Assembly (NCBI GenBank): GCA_050331455.1
Contig: JBHJGV010000058.1
Location: 7,324 to 71,323, forward strand
DNA from: Alphaproteobacteria bacterium
GTDB taxonomy: Bacteria > Pseudomonadota > Alphaproteobacteria > JAJFIK01
DNA: 64,000 nt
Direction of reading: 5' to 3'
Positions 27,038 through 35,784 of the stretch are shown here, one piece after another. Below the pieces are notes generated by a model. The model was given only the letters and a program-made list of their open reading frames with translations. It ran no database searches and was not told the origin of the DNA. How positions within the stretch are numbered: the stretch's first letter is position 1; each line of letters opens with the position of its first letter. The position numbers were made by a program, and so were the translations under genes.

Positions 27038-28000
27038 TCAGGCGGAGGCGGACAGGGGCGGGCGAGCCGTTTGGGAATCCGCACGCCCCTGGACGGCGCC
27101 TTCGGGCCGCGCCAGGTAGAACCACTCTTCCCCCGTCTTGGCGTGGGCCTTGGGCAGAATGACCACCCCGTCGAAGGGCGCGAGCAGGGGAGCCATGCCC
27201 GGCCGGCGCGCCAGGGGCTCGCCCTTCGCGACCGGCGTAAAATTGCGCAGCGGTTTGACGAATTCCGCATCGTCGCCGGGCTTGCGCTCCAGCCGGTCCA
27301 TCCGAAAAACACGCGAACAAGCGCCCTTGTCGGCACCCCCCCCGTCCCCGGTCCCCCGCTCGAGCCTCGCAAGGCCCAGAGTTTCGAGGGCTTGACAGAT
27401 TGCGCGTTCTGCCACCGCAGGCCCCCGGCGGTCCCCATGCTGGCCGGTTTCGAGAACGAGACCGATGGCACCGCGCTCACGCACCAGAACCATAGTGTCT
27501 TGATCGTCCGTACGGCCATCGTAAACGTCCGCCCACCCCGTCACCAGATTGGGCACACCGAGACCGGCGGCAAAACTGCGCGTCGCCTCGTCCTCCACAT
27601 CGACGAAGATGAAGGGCTCGGTCTCGCTGGCGGTGGAGTGGATGTCGAGCACATGGGTCGCCCGGTCGATCAATGGGGCCAGTTCATGGACGAGACGATG
27701 TTCATAGGCCGTGGGCGGATCGACAAGACGGAAGTTCCGGTTCAGGTCCACATCCACGAAACGCCGGTCCAGGACGGCCGCCTGCGGATTGCAGATCGGC
27801 ACAAACAGGACCGCCCCCGCCGCGATTCCCAATCGGCCGCTGCGAATGCGCTCGATGACGGCCTCCTGGGCGATGGTGCCGGAGGGCTCATTGCCATGGA
27901 TCCGGCCCAGGACCAGAAGACAGGGCCCCGGTGCCGCACCATCAAAGACAACGGGTGTGATCAAGGGGTGGGGCGCAATCAAGGGACGGGGCGTGGTCAT
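27038..28000 (-). CDS. Succinylglutamate desuccinylase/aspartoacylase (AstE/AspA) family zinc deacylase
   Basis: LLVLGRIHGNEPSGTIAQEAV zinc-binding motif, characteristic of the AstE_AspA family. Confidence 0.8.
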   Translation of the reverse strand: MTTPRPLIAPHPLITPVVFDGAAPGPCLLVLGRIHGNEPSGTIAQEAVIERIRSGRLGIAAGAVLFVPICNPQAAVLDRRFVDVDLNRNFRLVDPPTAYEHRLVHELAPLIDRATHVLDIHSTASETEPFIFVDVEDEATRSFAAGLGVPNLVTGWADVYDGRTDDQDTMVLVRERGAIGLVLETGQHGDRRGPAVAERAICQALETLGLARLERGTGDGGGADKGACSRVFRMDRLERKPGDDAEFVKPLRNFTPVAKGEPLARRPGMAPLLAPFDGVVILPKAHAKTGEEWFYLARPEGAVQGRADSQTARPPLSASA

Positions 28001-28800
28001 AGGGTGTTCCCATCCTCCGCAAGCAGGCTGCCCAGGACTTCACCGCAATTGAGGGCACGCTGATAGACGATGGCCCCGCCCGGAGCCATGGAAGACCCCA
28101 GAAAGCCCTTGTAGAGCAGGGCTTCCTGGAAGGCGAGATCATCCCTGTCGTCGCAGGTCACGCATTCGAAATCGTCCCGGAAGCGGGGCCGCTGAAGGGG
28201 CGTATAGAGATAATAAAGCGGTGTGTTGTCGGTCCGGTCGAACCGGATGGCGATCATTTTGAAATTGGCCTCGAAATAGCCTTTGAGGCTGGGCGTGTTG
28301 GCGATGGCGATCTCGGTGAGCAGATGCTGGCGGTCCCGGATCAGGGCGGCGCTGATCCGAATATGGATCAGGGCCCGGTGCAGGTGGTGACGCCGATGCG
28401 CCGGATGCACATAGGCGCCCTTGAGCACGCCAACCCGGGAGGCCGGACAGGTGACACCGAGCAGGCCGATCTCCGTCTCATCGGCGGCGCGTTGCGGCAA
28501 GGCGAGGATGGAGCTTGCAATGAGCGCACCGTGGCTGAACGCGCCGACCATCAGGCCGCGGGCCCGGGCCGGATCATGGGTCAGATAGGACCGCAGCTCC
28601 TCAGGCGTCTTGGGCACGACGAATGACTTGTTTTCCGGAGCCAGTTGGGCCAGACAGACCTCCTGCAGGGCAAAGGCCGCCTCGAAATCCTCCAGCGTCA
28701 GCATCCGGAAAGAAAGATCCGTGTCATCTACGGATGGGCTGGCCTCGGCCCCGCCCATCAAACCGCCTGTTTCATCGATCACTGTTCGCCTGCCCCTCAA
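27997..28800 (-). CDS. GNAT-like acyltransferase (putative), translationally coupled to the AstE/AspA-family gene
   Basis: GNAT motif-A-like YVHPAHRRHHLHRALI. Overlaps the downstream gene by 4 nt. Exact start uncertain. Confidence 0.5.
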   Translation of the reverse strand: MRGRRTVIDETGGLMGGAEASPSVDDTDLSFRMLTLEDFEAAFALQEVCLAQLAPENKSFVVPKTPEELRSYLTHDPARARGLMVGAFSHGALIASSILALPQRAADETEIGLLGVTCPASRVGVLKGAYVHPAHRRHHLHRALIHIRISAALIRDRQHLLTEIAIANTPSLKGYFEANFKMIAIRFDRTDNTPLYYLYTPLQRPRFRDDFECVTCDDRDDLAFQEALLYKGFLGSSMAPGGAIVYQRALNCGEVLGSLLAEDGNTL

Positions 28801-28906
28801 TACGTTGCGAGAGTAAGATCATCTTCATCCCAATACAGAATACCCAAAGCCCGCGTCCGGCGACCCCGCCCGGCAGGTCTCCCCCCCCCAATAACGATGC
28901 GCATCC

Positions 28907-29380
28907 ATGACCCCAGCGGCCCCGCCGCCCCCAACGGCAGACGGGCCAATCTATTCGGACGGCGCCAGCTCGGGCAATCCCGGCCCCGGTGGATGGGGTG
29001 CCATCCTGCGCTACGGCGAACACGAAAAGGAACTGTCCGGCGGCGCGGCCGAGACCACCAACAATCGCATGGAACTGACGGCGGCGATCGAGGCGCTCGA
29101 AGCCCTCAAACGCCCCTGCACCGTCCATCTTTACACGGACTCCCAATATGTGAAGGACGGCATTTCCAAATGGATCGCCAACTGGAAGGCGAATGGCTGG
29201 AAGACCGCCGCCAAGAAACCCGTCAAGAACGAGGACCTATGGCGCCGCCTCGACGACGCCACAGGGCGACACACGGTGAACTGGCATTGGGTGAAGGGCC
29301 ATGCGGGCCATCCGGACAATGAACGGGCCGACGAACTCGCCCGCAGCGGCATGGCACCGTTCAAGGCACGCCGGGCCTGA
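28907..29380 (+). CDS. rnhA: Ribonuclease HI
   Basis: [49 protein letters not shown] ... [18 protein letters not shown]; catalytic DEDD residues present. Confidence 0.9.
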   Translation: MTPAAPPPPTADGPIYSDGASSGNPGPGGWGAILRYGEHEKELSGGAAETTNNRMELTAAIEALEALKRPCTVHLYTDSQYVKDGISKWIANWKANGWKTAAKKPVKNEDLWRRLDDATGRHTVNWHWVKGHAGHPDNERADELARSGMAPFKARRA

Positions 29381-29410
29381 CGCCCGGCATGCGATCTCAA
29401 GATCGGCCCC

Positions 29411-29899
29411 TCAGAGCTGACCCAGGACCGTCTGGGCGCTGGAGGCTTCCACGGCGGAGGGATTGCTTTCCACATTCAGCTTTTCCACCACGCCGTCCTT
29501 CACGATCATGGAGAAGCGGTTGGCGCGGGTGCCCATGCCGAAACCGGACGCGTCCAGCACCAGATCCAGCGCCTTGACGAAGTCGCCATTGCCGTCGCCC
29601 AACATCATGATTTTCTCGCCAACCCCGCTGGATTGACCCCAAGCGCCCATGACGAAGGCATCGTTGACGGACACGCAGGCGATGGCATCCACACCTTTTG
29701 CAAGGATATCATCGGCATGCTGGACAAAACCCGGCAGATGCTGTGCCGAGCAGGACGGTGTGAAGGCGCCGGGCACGGCAAACACCACGACGGTCTTGCC
29801 CGAGAAAAGCTCATCGGTTTTGACGGGCTTCGGCCCGCCTTCGGTGGCCTGCATCAGCTGGATGCCGGCGGGGATCTTCTCACCAACGGAGATCGGCAT
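29411..29899 (-). CDS. Peroxiredoxin (Prx5-like, AhpC/TSA family). The track ORF extends to 30088.
   Basis: VVFAVPGAFTPSCSAQHLPGF contains the peroxidatic Cys. AAAGGA RBS before the ATG. Confidence 0.85.
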   Translation of the reverse strand: MPISVGEKIPAGIQLMQATEGGPKPVKTDELFSGKTVVVFAVPGAFTPSCSAQHLPGFVQHADDILAKGVDAIACVSVNDAFVMGAWGQSSGVGEKIMMLGDGNGDFVKALDLVLDASGFGMGTRANRFSMIVKDGVVEKLNVESNPSAVEASSAQTVLGQL

Positions 29900-30125
29900 G
29901 ATATTGGTCCTTTCTTGAGGGGCTGGTGGTGCGTGAACGCGAGCACTAAGGCGGCCCGCCACCCTGGAAAAAAGTGCGAACGCCGTTCGCCGCCGATTCC
30001 ACGCTGCTGTTTCCCGCACGCTGCGGCTTCCGGCGCCGGTGATCATAAACCGTATCGTCATAAACCGTATCGTTTCCGGCGCCTTCACTCATCGTAAGCG
30101 CCGAACACCGCTTCGCAGAGTGATC

Positions 30126-30419
30126 TTAAGCTGCGACGATCGGGGTGATATCGTTTAAGGGATCTCCCGCTTCGCTGGCCATGTCGAGGTCGAAGCGCAA
30201 TTGCAAATTGAGCCAAAACTCGGGCGTGGTGCGTAGAGCGCGCGCCAGACGCAGCGCAGTATCCGGCGTAACGGCAGCCTGGCCACGGATGAGTCGGGTG
30301 ACGCGGTTGGTCGGCACGTGAATCGTGCGGGCAAGCTCCGATGCACTTACGCCGAGGGGCTGAAGGAATTCCTTGTCGAGAATCTCCCCAGGATGGATAG
30401 GGTCATACGGCGTCGTCAT
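30126..30419 (-). CDS. higA: HigA-family antitoxin (XRE-type HTH), 97 aa
   Basis: MTTPYDPIHPGEILDKEFLQPLGVSASELARTIHVPTNRVTRLIRGQAAVTPDTALRLARALRTTPEFWLNLQ closely follows the HigA addiction-module antidote pattern. The track ORF is extended upstream by read-through to 30686. Confidence 0.8.
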   Translation of the reverse strand: MTTPYDPIHPGEILDKEFLQPLGVSASELARTIHVPTNRVTRLIRGQAAVTPDTALRLARALRTTPEFWLNLQLRFDLDMASEAGDPLNDITPIVAA

Positions 30420-30508
30420 GTCGCGTTCGGGCCTCCTTGCCCAGCTACGCGGGCCTCTTTCAGCCAAAAAAGGCTTGCCCTTCATACGCGATGCCCTTGG
30501 AAGGGCTA

Positions 30509-30793
30509 GTGACAGTCCACAATCTCCACGTCTCGCGGCCCCTCTTGCGTCCAAACAATGGCCCCAGCTTGCATGACGGCGTCGAGGGGCGCATTTTGAG
30601 GGCCACTGAACGGTGAGCACCGTACCCAGGAATGTCGCAGGACGCATACGGGATCCGCAACCGCGCGGATCGGTTTTCCGGTGCATGGGCAGCCTTTACG
30701 AGGATCCCCGCCCCTCTTTCGCCTGCCTCTGACGCCACCTCTGTCCAGGCAAGCACCCTGGTGGAAAGGAGTAACCGCACCGTGTCCGACCAC
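30509..30793 (-). pseudogene. higB: Degraded higB (plasmid-maintenance killer/RelE-fold toxin) remnant: no start codon and an internal deletion
   Basis: Minus-strand frame ends ...AIVWTQEGPRDVEIVDCH*, a strong match to the W-T-D-E-G-P-x-x-V-E-I-V-D-Y-H C-terminus of HigB-like killer proteins. Upstream KGCPCTGKP...LRHS...SPFSGP is weakly colinear with the family, but about 12 residues of the central beta-strand region are missing and no ATG/GTG/TTG start lies in a sensible position. There is an 86-nt gap to higA. Confidence 0.5.
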
Positions 30794-30886
30794 AGCTCGA
30801 GCGACGATGGCCCCGTGTTCGTTTCCGTCCCGTCCGAGGGAGATCGACCCGATGGAGATCAGCACGGCGCGCCTGCGACCGTCAGT

Positions 30887-31435
30887 TTGCAAGGGCAGGT
30901 GCTGATCGCGATGCCGCCGCCGGCCATGGTCGACCAGCGCTTTGAGCGCAGCGTCATTTACGTTTGCAGCCATTCGGCCCATGGCGCCATGGGGCTGGTC
31001 ATCAACAAGCCGGCCGAGGGCCTCAATTTCACGGATCTGCTGGCCCGGCTCGATATCGATGCGACCGCGCCGGAGGCTGACACGCTGCAGATTCACGCCG
31101 GCGGGCCGGTCGAGACCAATCGCGGCTTCGTGCTCCATTCCGCCGACTATCCGGCAACCCAACCGATCTCGAACGGCATCGGCCTCACGGCAACGCTCGA
31201 TATCCTGCGAGCCATCGCGGAGGGCACCGGCCCCACCCATGCCCTGCTGGCCCTCGGCTATGCGGGGTGGGGTCCGGGACAGCTCGAGGGCGAGATGAAA
31301 GCCAATGGCTGGCTCCATGGCCCGGCGGACCAGGACCTCCTGTTCGCCACCCCCTGCGGACACAAATGGGGCAAGGCCATGGATGCCCTCGGCATCAGCC
31401 CATCCCTGCTCTCCAATGTGCAGGGCACGGCATAA
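30887..31435 (+). CDS. yqgE: YqgE/AlgH-family protein (UPF0301). The track ORF starts at 30632; the likely start is TTG 30887 or GTG 30899.
   Basis: [38 protein letters not shown] ... [25 protein letters not shown] is colinear with E. coli YqgE. Confidence 0.7.
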   Translation: MQGQVLIAMPPPAMVDQRFERSVIYVCSHSAHGAMGLVINKPAEGLNFTDLLARLDIDATAPEADTLQIHAGGPVETNRGFVLHSADYPATQPISNGIGLTATLDILRAIAEGTGPTHALLALGYAGWGPGQLEGEMKANGWLHGPADQDLLFATPCGHKWGKAMDALGISPSLLSNVQGTA

Positions 31436-31450
31436 CGAGCCTCGCCCGCC

Positions 31451-34400
31451 CTACTCCGCCGCTTCCACCCGATTGCCGAAGACATCCTCCGGTACGCTGG
31501 CCGGAAGACCTCTCTCAGGGCCAAGCATGCGCGCAAGCAGTGCTTCGGCCCGGTCCGGCATTTGCGGCGTGCCAATGGTCGGACCCAGGGCGTAATCGAG
31601 ACCCAGATCCCGCATCACCTTCACGTCGTCATCGGTTTCGAGACCCGATGCAATACAGTCCATGCCGAGATCATGGGTCAGGGTCGCAAGGCCCTTGACC
31701 AACAGCCGCCCAGCCGGCCGGGTCGTGATCCCGGCCACCAGCCCGTGTCCCAAGGTGACCGCCTCGAAGGCCCCTCCCGTCAGCCGGCCCAGGGACCCCT
31801 GGCCGGCACCGAAATCGTCAAGAACGAGACCGACACCGTCCTCCTTCAGGATGCGGAGCGTCGTGCCCGTTGCCTCCGGCTGCGCCCATATGAGGGGCTC
31901 GGATACGGCAAAGCGCAGACAATGGGGCGGCAGCGCGGCCCGAGCCACCAATGTGCGCAATTCATCAGCGAAATCGAGGCTGAGCAGCTCGATGCTGGGC
32001 ACCTCGACAGTCACGAACAAGGGCGGCTCTGTCGGCCAGCGGCGCTGCCAGTCCTGGATCTGGCCAATCGCCATTTCCAGAAGCCTGAGGCCGAGATCGG
32101 CCATGACACCGCGATCCTCCGCCTCCCGCACGAGATCCTCCGTGGACAAAAGCCCTTGCGGAGCCGAAGGGACATGGAGCCGCGCAACGAAACCGGCAAG
32201 CCGGGACTTCTGCAAGTCCACAATGGGCTGATAGGTCAGCCCTCCCTGGCGTCCCTGAAGGACCGCTTTGAGCGTTGCATCGAGATCGAGCTCCGGCCGG
32301 GATGATTGGGGCCGCGAGGCCGGGGCCGCGATCGTGCAGCAAGGGCCCCGCGCCTTGGCCCGAGCAAGAGCCGTCCCCGCCCGGACGAACAGGTCGCGGG
32401 CGGTCTCCCGGGGCCCGCCGGCGGCGCGGTCGTTTCGGCCGGGCTCGGCCTCGGGCTCCGACAGGGCAAGGGCAAGACCCACACAGGCCGACAGGGTGAC
32501 ATCCTGGTCGCTCACGGCCAGGGGCGCGCCAATCACGTCGGCGAGCAGGCGGCCCACATCTTCTTCCGTTCCCGGACCAAGACCCTGGGCAAGCAGGATC
32601 GAGAATTCGTCGCCCCCCGTGCGCGCGACCGTGTCGGTCTCACCGACCAGTCCTTCGAGCCGGCGGGCCACCGCGATCAGGATCGCATCGGCATCGACGG
32701 GTCCCAGAACCTCATTAACCGTACGGAAATCATCGAGATCGATCCGCAGAAGAGCCGGCGCTTCATCCTCGTCCCATGGACCGCGCGCCCGCTGGGCCCG
32801 CAACACCCGATCCAGGCGATCAAACAGCAGGTCGCGCCCGGCAAGTCCCGTGAGGCGATCGAACATGGGGCGAAGGGCCCCTGCGTCCAGGGTTTCCTGC
32901 TGCGCCGTTTCGTCGGTCACAATGCCCAGAAGACGCCGCGCGCGCCCGTCCCGGCCCGGAACCGCCGTGCCCCGGAGCATGAGCCAGCGATAGGACTGGT
33001 CGTCATGGAGCACACGGACCAGAAAGGCGAAGGACCGGTTGCCCTGCACGATGCGGGCCTCGATTCCCTGGCGGAACGTCTCCACATCGTCGGGATGAAC
33101 TCGCTCCAGCCAGGCGGACAGGCTGGCGCCAAGCCGTTTCGGCCGGGTTCCCAAGAGCGCTGCCACCACAGGGCTGAGCACAAGGCGACCGGACCCGGGA
33201 TCGAGGTCCCAGACCCCATGCCGGGCCGCTTCAAGGGCGAGGTCGCTCCGGTCGCCGGACGCATCGGGCACGACCCTGGGTCCGGGGGCCACGCCAGTCC
33301 CGGGCTCGTGCCGCAGGGGCAGCAGAGTGCCCGGACGCGATGCCCCCGAGGGACCCGCCCCTCGCTCATCCGCACCCGCATCATCGCTGGCCGCGGTCTC
33401 GGATGCGGCCGGTACCACCGCGGCGTCGGCCCTCTCGGCCCGGCCCAGCAGCGACGAGACGGCGAGCAATGTGATACCCGCAGCCACTGCGCCGGTCAGC
33501 ATGATGGACTGAAGATCCGCAAGCGGGCCGGGCACCGTGAGGGACAGCAGCGTCGCCGCCAGCACGCACAGGACGATGAGCGCCAGTCCCGGCATGAGCG
33601 CAGAGGCGCGGGCATCCCGGGCGCGGGCCAAGGTCACACCGGCGCCGGCCGTAAACAGGGAAATGGCAAGGGCGACGGGTCCGGCCAGCGCCGCAACGAT
33701 CCCCCCTGGCAGGGCCAGGACACCGCCGGCCAGCGTGAGCATGGCAATCCGCGAGGCCCAATGGGAAACCCCGGCCCCCAGGCGGGACAGGGACAGGCGA
33801 TGCTGCACCAGCGCCAGCCCCACACCGGCCAGGACATACAGCGCCGAGGCCCGAAGCCCGCCGGCAAGGCTCCAATCCGCCGGGACAACCGTATACTGAA
33901 TGCCGAACCCGGTCGCCACGAAATAGAGGCCTGCACAGGCGAAGGCGATCACGGTCAATTCTTCTTGCCCCCCTTGCAGGGCCCAGCGGCCGACCGCAAG
34001 GGCGATCAGCATGATCAGCACGCCCACGACCACGCCCTTGGCCCCGGCCACGAGCCGGTCCACCCGCTGGAAACTGTTCGGCTCCCACAGCGCGACCGTG
34101 TAGGGCGCCCGGCCTTCGCCGGCCCGCAATGCAAGCGTTGTCGCCTGGCCGGGCGCGAGACGCACCGCGAAGGCCACGGCCCCTGCCCCGCTCTCCAGAC
34201 GCGCCATGGACCGGGCCGGAGCGCCCTGGGCCCAGTAGAGACCGCCCTCCACGGTCAGCCCGGTCACACCGGCGCCGAACGGGCCCGATCCCGCCAGGGT
34301 CGGCGTCTGGATCACCAGGATTCGCGTTTGGACCTCCGCAGACGGATTGACGAGGGAGGCCATGAACCAACGCCCTGAAGCCAGATCCCGATGGGGCACG

Positions 34401-34738
34401 GGCACCGTCGGGGGCGGCGCGTCTTCTGCGCGCTGCTCCTTGATCGGCGTCGGTGGAATGATGGTGATGTCCTTGAGGACCGCGCGGATATTGACGATGG
34501 ACGCACCGGGATCCACCACGAGGCTCGCAAGGCCATGCCCCGCCCGCCAGGACGCGGCCGCCAAAGCCTCCGCATGATCCGTTTGTCCAGGGGCCGGGGA
34601 GCCCGCCTGCAGGACCCGGGGCGTCGCGTGGCCGCGATCCACGAGGGAGGGCAGCACCATCGTCCCCAGGACCAGGAAGGCCATTGTGACGAGACCGGAC
34701 AGCATTGCCCATGGGGTTTGAGTGCGAGGGGGGCGCAT
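31451..34738 (-). CDS. Multidomain c-di-GMP signalling protein: periplasmic 7TMR-DISMED2-like domain, 7TM region, PAS, GGDEF (intact), EAL (degenerate). The track ORF extends to 34987.
   Basis: N-terminal signal/TM, then about 280 aa periplasmic, then about 7 hydrophobic helices. PAS-like segment (WDLDPGSGRLVLSP...HPDDVETFRQ). ARTGGDEFSILLA (GGDEF). YQPIVDL...DDFGAGQGSL (EAL fold). Confidence 0.8.
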   Translation of the reverse strand: MRPPRTQTPWAMLSGLVTMAFLVLGTMVLPSLVDRGHATPRVLQAGSPAPGQTDHAEALAAASWRAGHGLASLVVDPGASIVNIRAVLKDITIIPPTPIKEQRAEDAPPPTVPVPHRDLASGRWFMASLVNPSAEVQTRILVIQTPTLAGSGPFGAGVTGLTVEGGLYWAQGAPARSMARLESGAGAVAFAVRLAPGQATTLALRAGEGRAPYTVALWEPNSFQRVDRLVAGAKGVVVGVLIMLIALAVGRWALQGGQEELTVIAFACAGLYFVATGFGIQYTVVPADWSLAGGLRASALYVLAGVGLALVQHRLSLSRLGAGVSHWASRIAMLTLAGGVLALPGGIVAALAGPVALAISLFTAGAGVTLARARDARASALMPGLALIVLCVLAATLLSLTVPGPLADLQSIMLTGAVAAGITLLAVSSLLGRAERADAAVVPAASETAASDDAGADERGAGPSGASRPGTLLPLRHEPGTGVAPGPRVVPDASGDRSDLALEAARHGVWDLDPGSGRLVLSPVVAALLGTRPKRLGASLSAWLERVHPDDVETFRQGIEARIVQGNRSFAFLVRVLHDDQSYRWLMLRGTAVPGRDGRARRLLGIVTDETAQQETLDAGALRPMFDRLTGLAGRDLLFDRLDRVLRAQRARGPWDEDEAPALLRIDLDDFRTVNEVLGPVDADAILIAVARRLEGLVGETDTVARTGGDEFSILLAQGLGPGTEEDVGRLLADVIGAPLAVSDQDVTLSACVGLALALSEPEAEPGRNDRAAGGPRETARDLFVRAGTALARAKARGPCCTIAAPASRPQSSRPELDLDATLKAVLQGRQGGLTYQPIVDLQKSRLAGFVARLHVPSAPQGLLSTEDLVREAEDRGVMADLGLRLLEMAIGQIQDWQRRWPTEPPLFVTVEVPSIELLSLDFADELRTLVARAALPPHCLRFAVSEPLIWAQPEATGTTLRILKEDGVGLVLDDFGAGQGSLGRLTGGAFEAVTLGHGLVAGITTRPAGRLLVKGLATLTHDLGMDCIASGLETDDDVKVMRDLGLDYALGPTIGTPQMPDRAEALLARMLGPERGLPASVPEDVFGNRVEAAE

Positions 34739-35047
34739 GCGGAGCGTTCGGGTGCGGGACCTGGTGCGACCTCCCGTCCCCGGTCCCCGTTTCTGGGCCT
34801 TGGGGCACAGGGGCGGGCGCCTGCGGACTCCGGAGCCTCCGTTCAACCTATTCTGGCGCGCCACAAGACAACCCTCCCGCCCCACGGACCGGGCCGGTCC
34901 GGGCGCCGTGTAAAACCCCTGAAATGGCGGGCGGCTTTTCCCGTCCATGGAAGGACTGCCGGACTCAGCCGTGACCGGCCCCGCCAAAGGCTCGGTCTCC
35001 GCCTCAAGAATCGTGCTCCAAGGAAAAAGATCGATCCGGGAGGCCGG

Positions 35048-35638
35048 TCAAACCGGCTGAATATCCTCGGCAAGCAGCGCAAACAGCAGGTGGTCCTGCC
35101 AACGCCCGTTGATCTTCAGATAGCCGCGGGCCAGCCCCTCATGCCGAAAGCCGCATCGCAGCAGAACCCTTTGAGACGATTCGTTTGTAGGGATGCATGC
35201 TGCTTCGATTCTATGCAGGCGCAAATCCTGGAATACGAATGCCGCCAGCCGGCGCACGGCGGCACTCATATGGCCGCGGCCGGCAAAGGGCTCGCCGATC
35301 CAATAACCAAGGCTGGCGGACTGGCTGACGCCGCGGCGGATATTGGACAGGGTCAGTGCGCCGATAAGAATATCGCCCTGGGCGCAGAACAGGAAAAAGG
35401 GATAGGCCACATCGTCCCGGATTTCCTGGTGATAGCGGCGCACCCGCCGGCGAAAGGCGGCCCGGCTGAGATCGTCGGCGGGCCACAGGGGCTCCCAGGG
35501 CTCAAGAAAGGCCCGACTGCGCGAGCGCACGCCAGCCCAGGCTTCGAAATCTCCCGCATCCGGATAACGCAGATAGACCGTGCTGGCATGCAGCACCAGG
35601 GACGGCTCAAAGCCGGGTCTGGATCCTAATCCGGGCAT
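35048..35638 (-). CDS. GNAT N-acetyltransferase (RimJ/RimL-like). The track ORF extends to 35719.
   Basis: LRYPDAGDFEAWAG ... IGYWIGEPFAGRGHMSAAVRRLAAFVFQDLRLHRIEAACIPTNESSQRVLLRCGFRHEG matches the acetyltransferase family. Confidence 0.8.
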   Translation of the reverse strand: MPGLGSRPGFEPSLVLHASTVYLRYPDAGDFEAWAGVRSRSRAFLEPWEPLWPADDLSRAAFRRRVRRYHQEIRDDVAYPFFLFCAQGDILIGALTLSNIRRGVSQSASLGYWIGEPFAGRGHMSAAVRRLAAFVFQDLRLHRIEAACIPTNESSQRVLLRCGFRHEGLARGYLKINGRWQDHLLFALLAEDIQPV

Positions 35639-35784
35639 GGGTCGACTGCTCTGTCCGTTGGCGCCTTTCGGGGAGCGGGGCCACGGACCTCGGCGCCGGG
35701 CACCCCTCTTTCGACCCAAGCAGACCTGAAGCTGTAGCCGCGTTCAACCGCACCGCATGCCGGATGGCACCGCAGGATCCGCCA

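Noticed and set aside
30460-30780. 106-aa ORF superficially resembling HigB (GRETWRLWTVT)
   Set aside because: It occupies the same nucleotides as the frame ending ...DVEIVDCH, which is the better HigB match. The resemblance in this frame is coincidental.
30506-31363. 285-aa minus-strand ORF
   Set aside because: Only its C-terminal ~90 codons correspond to the higB remnant. The remainder is antisense to the yqgE/algH-family gene.
32306-35629. Several long overlapping ORFs (32306..34378 +, 33381..34808 -, 34391..35629 +)
   Set aside because: Alternative-frame or antisense shadows of the large signalling-protein gene and the GNAT gene. The only frame with recognisable domains (PAS, GGDEF, EAL) is 31451..34738 on the minus strand.
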